This document shows positions 61,878-64,000 of a stretch of 64,000 nt of DNA, in pieces (position 1 is the first letter of the stretch; every line of letters begins with the position of its first letter). The stretch lies in NCBI GenBank assembly GCA_963798085.1, contig CAWCRS010000007.1, positions 1,280,001 to 1,344,000 of the forward strand, read 5' to 3'. Under the pieces are notes generated by a model, which had not been told where the DNA came from, ran no database searches, and worked only from the letters and a program-made list of their open reading frames with translations. The position numbers and the translations under genes were made by a program. The stretch is from an uncultured Gemmatimonadales bacterium (GTDB lineage: Bacteria > Gemmatimonadota > Gemmatimonadetes > Longimicrobiales > RSA9).

Positions 61878-62195
61878 GTGGGTGAGCCGGTCCTGAGCCT
61901 CGTCGGGTTGGCGGCGCGGGCCGGTGCAGTGGTATCGGGCGTCGAACGCGTTCGGGAGGCGGCACGGGAAGGCCGCCTTCAGCTCGCGATCGTCGCCCGG
62001 GATGCATCTGCCAACACACGCGGGAAGCTGGTCCCGCTGCTGGCAGCCCGGGGAATCGTCTCGGCTGAGCGATTCGATCGGGGAACGCTCGGAGAGGCCG
62101 TCGGACGTGGCCCCGTCAGTGCTGTGGGCGTGACCGACGGTTCTTTCGCCATGCGGCTCCGGACGCTCCTCGGTATGGGCTCGGAAGAGGGTTGA
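61878..62195 (+). CDS. L7Ae/L30e-family RNA-binding protein (YlxQ-like)
   Basis: LSLVGLAARAGAVVSG...V.......L.IVA.DAS.NT..KL.......LGEAVGR..VSAVG.TD.SFA; lies between nusA and infB. Confidence 0.88.
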   Translation: MGEPVLSLVGLAARAGAVVSGVERVREAAREGRLQLAIVARDASANTRGKLVPLLAARGIVSAERFDRGTLGEAVGRGPVSAVGVTDGSFAMRLRTLLGMGSEEG

Positions 62196-62204
62196 AGCAA
62201 CGAC

Positions 62205-64000
62205 ATGCGCGTATTTGAAGCGGCAAAGGAATTCAAGATCGACGGGGAGAAGCTCCTGCAGCTCCTGCATGCCCTTGGTGTGCGGGTAGCCAGCCAGGCG
62301 TCCACCGTCGACGACGCGACGATCGCCAAGCTGCGCGCGCGCTTCGAGCGGGAGCGACGCGCCGGACATGGGCAGGCGATCGAGTCGATCGAGACCATCG
62401 TCGAAGACTCGAAGGCAACCGCACCCCGCCGCCGCCGCCGCAAGACAGAAGAGGAACTCGCCGAGCTGGCCATCGAGGAAGCCGAGCCGATCGTCGAGGT
62501 CGTCGCGCCCGAGCCCGTCGAGATGCCGGAGCCCGCGGCCGCCGAAGCGGAAGCGCCACCGGCCGAAGAGCCGGAGCCCGAGGTCATCGAAGAGGAAGAG
62601 CTGGAGCCCGAGGTCGCCACGCCGGAGCCCATCGCGGCGGAAGCCGCGGAGGCACCGCCCGAGGCTGCCGCGTCGGCCGGGCCTGTCGTTCCTGCACCGC
62701 CCGATGCGGCCTCCGTTCGGCCCCGCCTGCGGCGCGCCGCCGAGGTGCTGGGCCGCATCCCGCCTCGCCAGCCGGCGCCCGCGCCGGCTGCCAGCGCCGG
62801 ACCGGGCGGCCAGGTGCGCATCCAGGCCGAGGGCTTCACTACCGACGGCCGGAAAAAGAAGGACAAGCGAAAGAAGAAAGCCCGCTGGGTGGACCAGGAG
62901 GCGGTGGCGGAAAACGTCACCCGTGTCATGACCGAACTGCGCACCGGCGGCCGCAAGCGCCGCCACCGCAGGGAAGAGGCGCCCAGCCGGCTGGAGATGG
63001 AGGCCGAGCGCCTGCGGCAGGCGGAGGAGGAAGCCACCACCGTCCGGGTGAACGAGTTCCTCACGGTCGCGGAACTCGCCGAGCTGATCGGCGAGAGCCC
63101 GACGGTGATCGTGGGCAGCGCGTTCAAGAACCTCAGCCTCGTCGTCACCATCAACCAGCGTCTCGACTTCGATCAGATCGAGCTGCTGCTGGACGAATTC
63201 GGCTTCCATGCCGTCCGCGAAGAGGAGTATGCCGCGGACGCGGAAGAAGACGATGAAGAAGATCTGCCCGAAGACCTCGTGCCCAGGCCTCCCGTCGTCA
63301 CGGTCATGGGCCACGTCGACCACGGCAAGACGTCGCTGCTCGATTACATCCGCAAGACGAACGTCATTGCGGGCGAGGCCGGCGGTATCACGCAGCACAT
63401 TGGCGCCTACAACGTGGGCCTGCCCACTGGCAAATCGATCACGTTCCTGGACACGCCCGGCCACGCGGCCTTCACTGCCATGCGTGCCCGCGGCGCAGAG
63501 CTGACCGACATCGTCGTGCTGGTGGTCGCCGCCGATGACTCGGTGATGCCGCAGACCGTGGAAGCGATCAGCCACGCGAAGAACGCGGGCGTGCCCATCA
63601 TCGTGGCCATCAACAAGGTCGATCTGCCGGGCGCCGACCCGATGCGCATCAAGCGCGATCTCCTGCAGCACGAGGTCGTCGTCGAAGACTTCGGCGGCCA
63701 GGTGCTTGCCGCCGAGGTCAGCGCCAAGAAGGGTACGGGCATCGAGGACCTGATGGAGAAGATTCTCCTCCAGGCCGAGGTGCTGGACCTCAAGGCCAAC
63801 CCGACCCGGGCCGCTCGCGCCACCGTGGTCGAGGCACAGCTCGACATCGGCAAGGGACCGGTCGCGACCGTGCTGGTCACCAACGGCACACTCAACGTGG
63901 GCGACTCCTTCGTCTGCGGCCACTACGACGGCCGCGTGCGCGCCATGCTCGACGAGCGCGGCCGCATCGTGGCGGACGCCGGGCCAGGCATTCCCGTCGT
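62205..64000 (+). CDS. infB: Translation initiation factor IF-2 (3'-truncated by the window edge)
   Basis: ATG 62205 [10 protein letters not shown].., acidic/Pro linker, [66 protein letters not shown]. No stop before the window end, so it is absent from the ORF track. Confidence 0.97.
   Translation, partial: MRVFEAAKEFKIDGEKLLQLLHALGVRVASQASTVDDATIAKLRARFERERRAGHGQAIESIETIVEDSKATAPRRRRRKTEEELAELAIEEAEPIVEVVAPEPVEMPEPAAAEAEAPPAEEPEPEVIEEEELEPEVATPEPIAAEAAEAPPEAAASAGPVVPAPPDAASVRPRLRRAAEVLGRIPPRQPAPAPAASAGPGGQVRIQAEGFTTDGRKKKDKRKKKARWVDQEAVAENVTRVMTELRTGGRKRRHRREEAPSRLEMEAERLRQAEEEATTVRVNEFLTVAELAELIGESPTVIVGSAFKNLSLVVTINQRLDFDQIELLLDEFGFHAVREEEYAADAEEDDEEDLPEDLVPRPPVVTVMGHVDHGKTSLLDYIRKTNVIAGEAGGITQHIGAYNVGLPTGKSITFLDTPGHAAFTAMRARGAELTDIVVLVVAADDSVMPQTVEAISHAKNAGVPIIVAINKVDLPGADPMRIKRDLLQHEVVVEDFGGQVLAAEVSAKKGTGIEDLMEKILLQAEVLDLKANPTRAARATVVEAQLDIGKGPVATVLVTNGTLNVGDSFVCGHYDGRVRAMLDERGRIVADAGPGIPV

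Noticed and set aside
61877..62204. Absence of ylxR (rnpM) between nusA and the L7Ae gene
   Set aside because: Gene content of this operon varies widely between phyla; not notable on its own.
62400..62720. Repetitive GAGCCC/GAGCCG-rich tract as a tandem repeat element
   Set aside because: It encodes the low-complexity Glu/Pro/Ala linker of IF-2.
61683..63923. 746-aa minus-strand ORF, and similar long antisense ORFs (8967..10517, 13092..14732, 24301..25956, 30388..31812, 56289..58088, 54530..56461)
   Set aside because: These are shadow ORFs opposite well-supported genes, expected in high-GC DNA, with no recognisable motifs.

Overview
High-GC bacterial chromosomal window of mostly core genes. 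Gene content and order suggest Gemmatimonadota (inference; needs a marker-gene search). Left to right: an NtrY-like sensor kinase (5'-truncated), HtrA/DegP, ComM/YifB, a Uma2 remnant, a beta-propeller protein and DUF488. Next is a translationally coupled block of larE, a small ORF, a cysteine desulfurase, thpR and a hypothetical gene, then a sigma54-type response regulator, an aldehyde dehydrogenase and an RpoD-family sigma factor. Then rplM-rpsI-rpsB-tsf-pyrH-frr-uppS-cdsA-dxr-rseP, a minus-strand receiver-manC-GlmU-like-MBL block, and a lipoprotein-serS-kinase-pcrA block. A ~14 kb efflux cluster follows: an ABC type (TolC/HlyD/ABC), then an RND type with an unusual solute-binding-domain/TolC fusion. 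The window ends with gatCAB, a minus-strand nitrilase / degenerate NadE / DUF948 / YtxH / Zn-PLC operon, murA (Cys-to-Asp type), pgeF, and rimP-nusA-L7Ae-infB (3'-truncated). Many essential genes (tsf, pyrH, frr, dxr, gatA, gatB) carry indels, densest at ~47-54 kb, so frameshifts here are most likely long-read consensus errors rather than pseudogenes. No tRNA, rRNA, CRISPR array, transposase or integrase was seen. Best leads: (1) the LarE / LarE-C-terminal-like microprotein / desulfurase / ThpR operon; (2) the SBP-TolC fusion with an insertion-bearing RND pump; (3) a P-loop-less NadE homolog coupled to a glutaminase-type nitrilase; (4) a dispersed family of long palindromic elements, two of which bracket the efflux cluster; (5) a separate 241-bp element with perfect 26-bp terminal inverted repeats.
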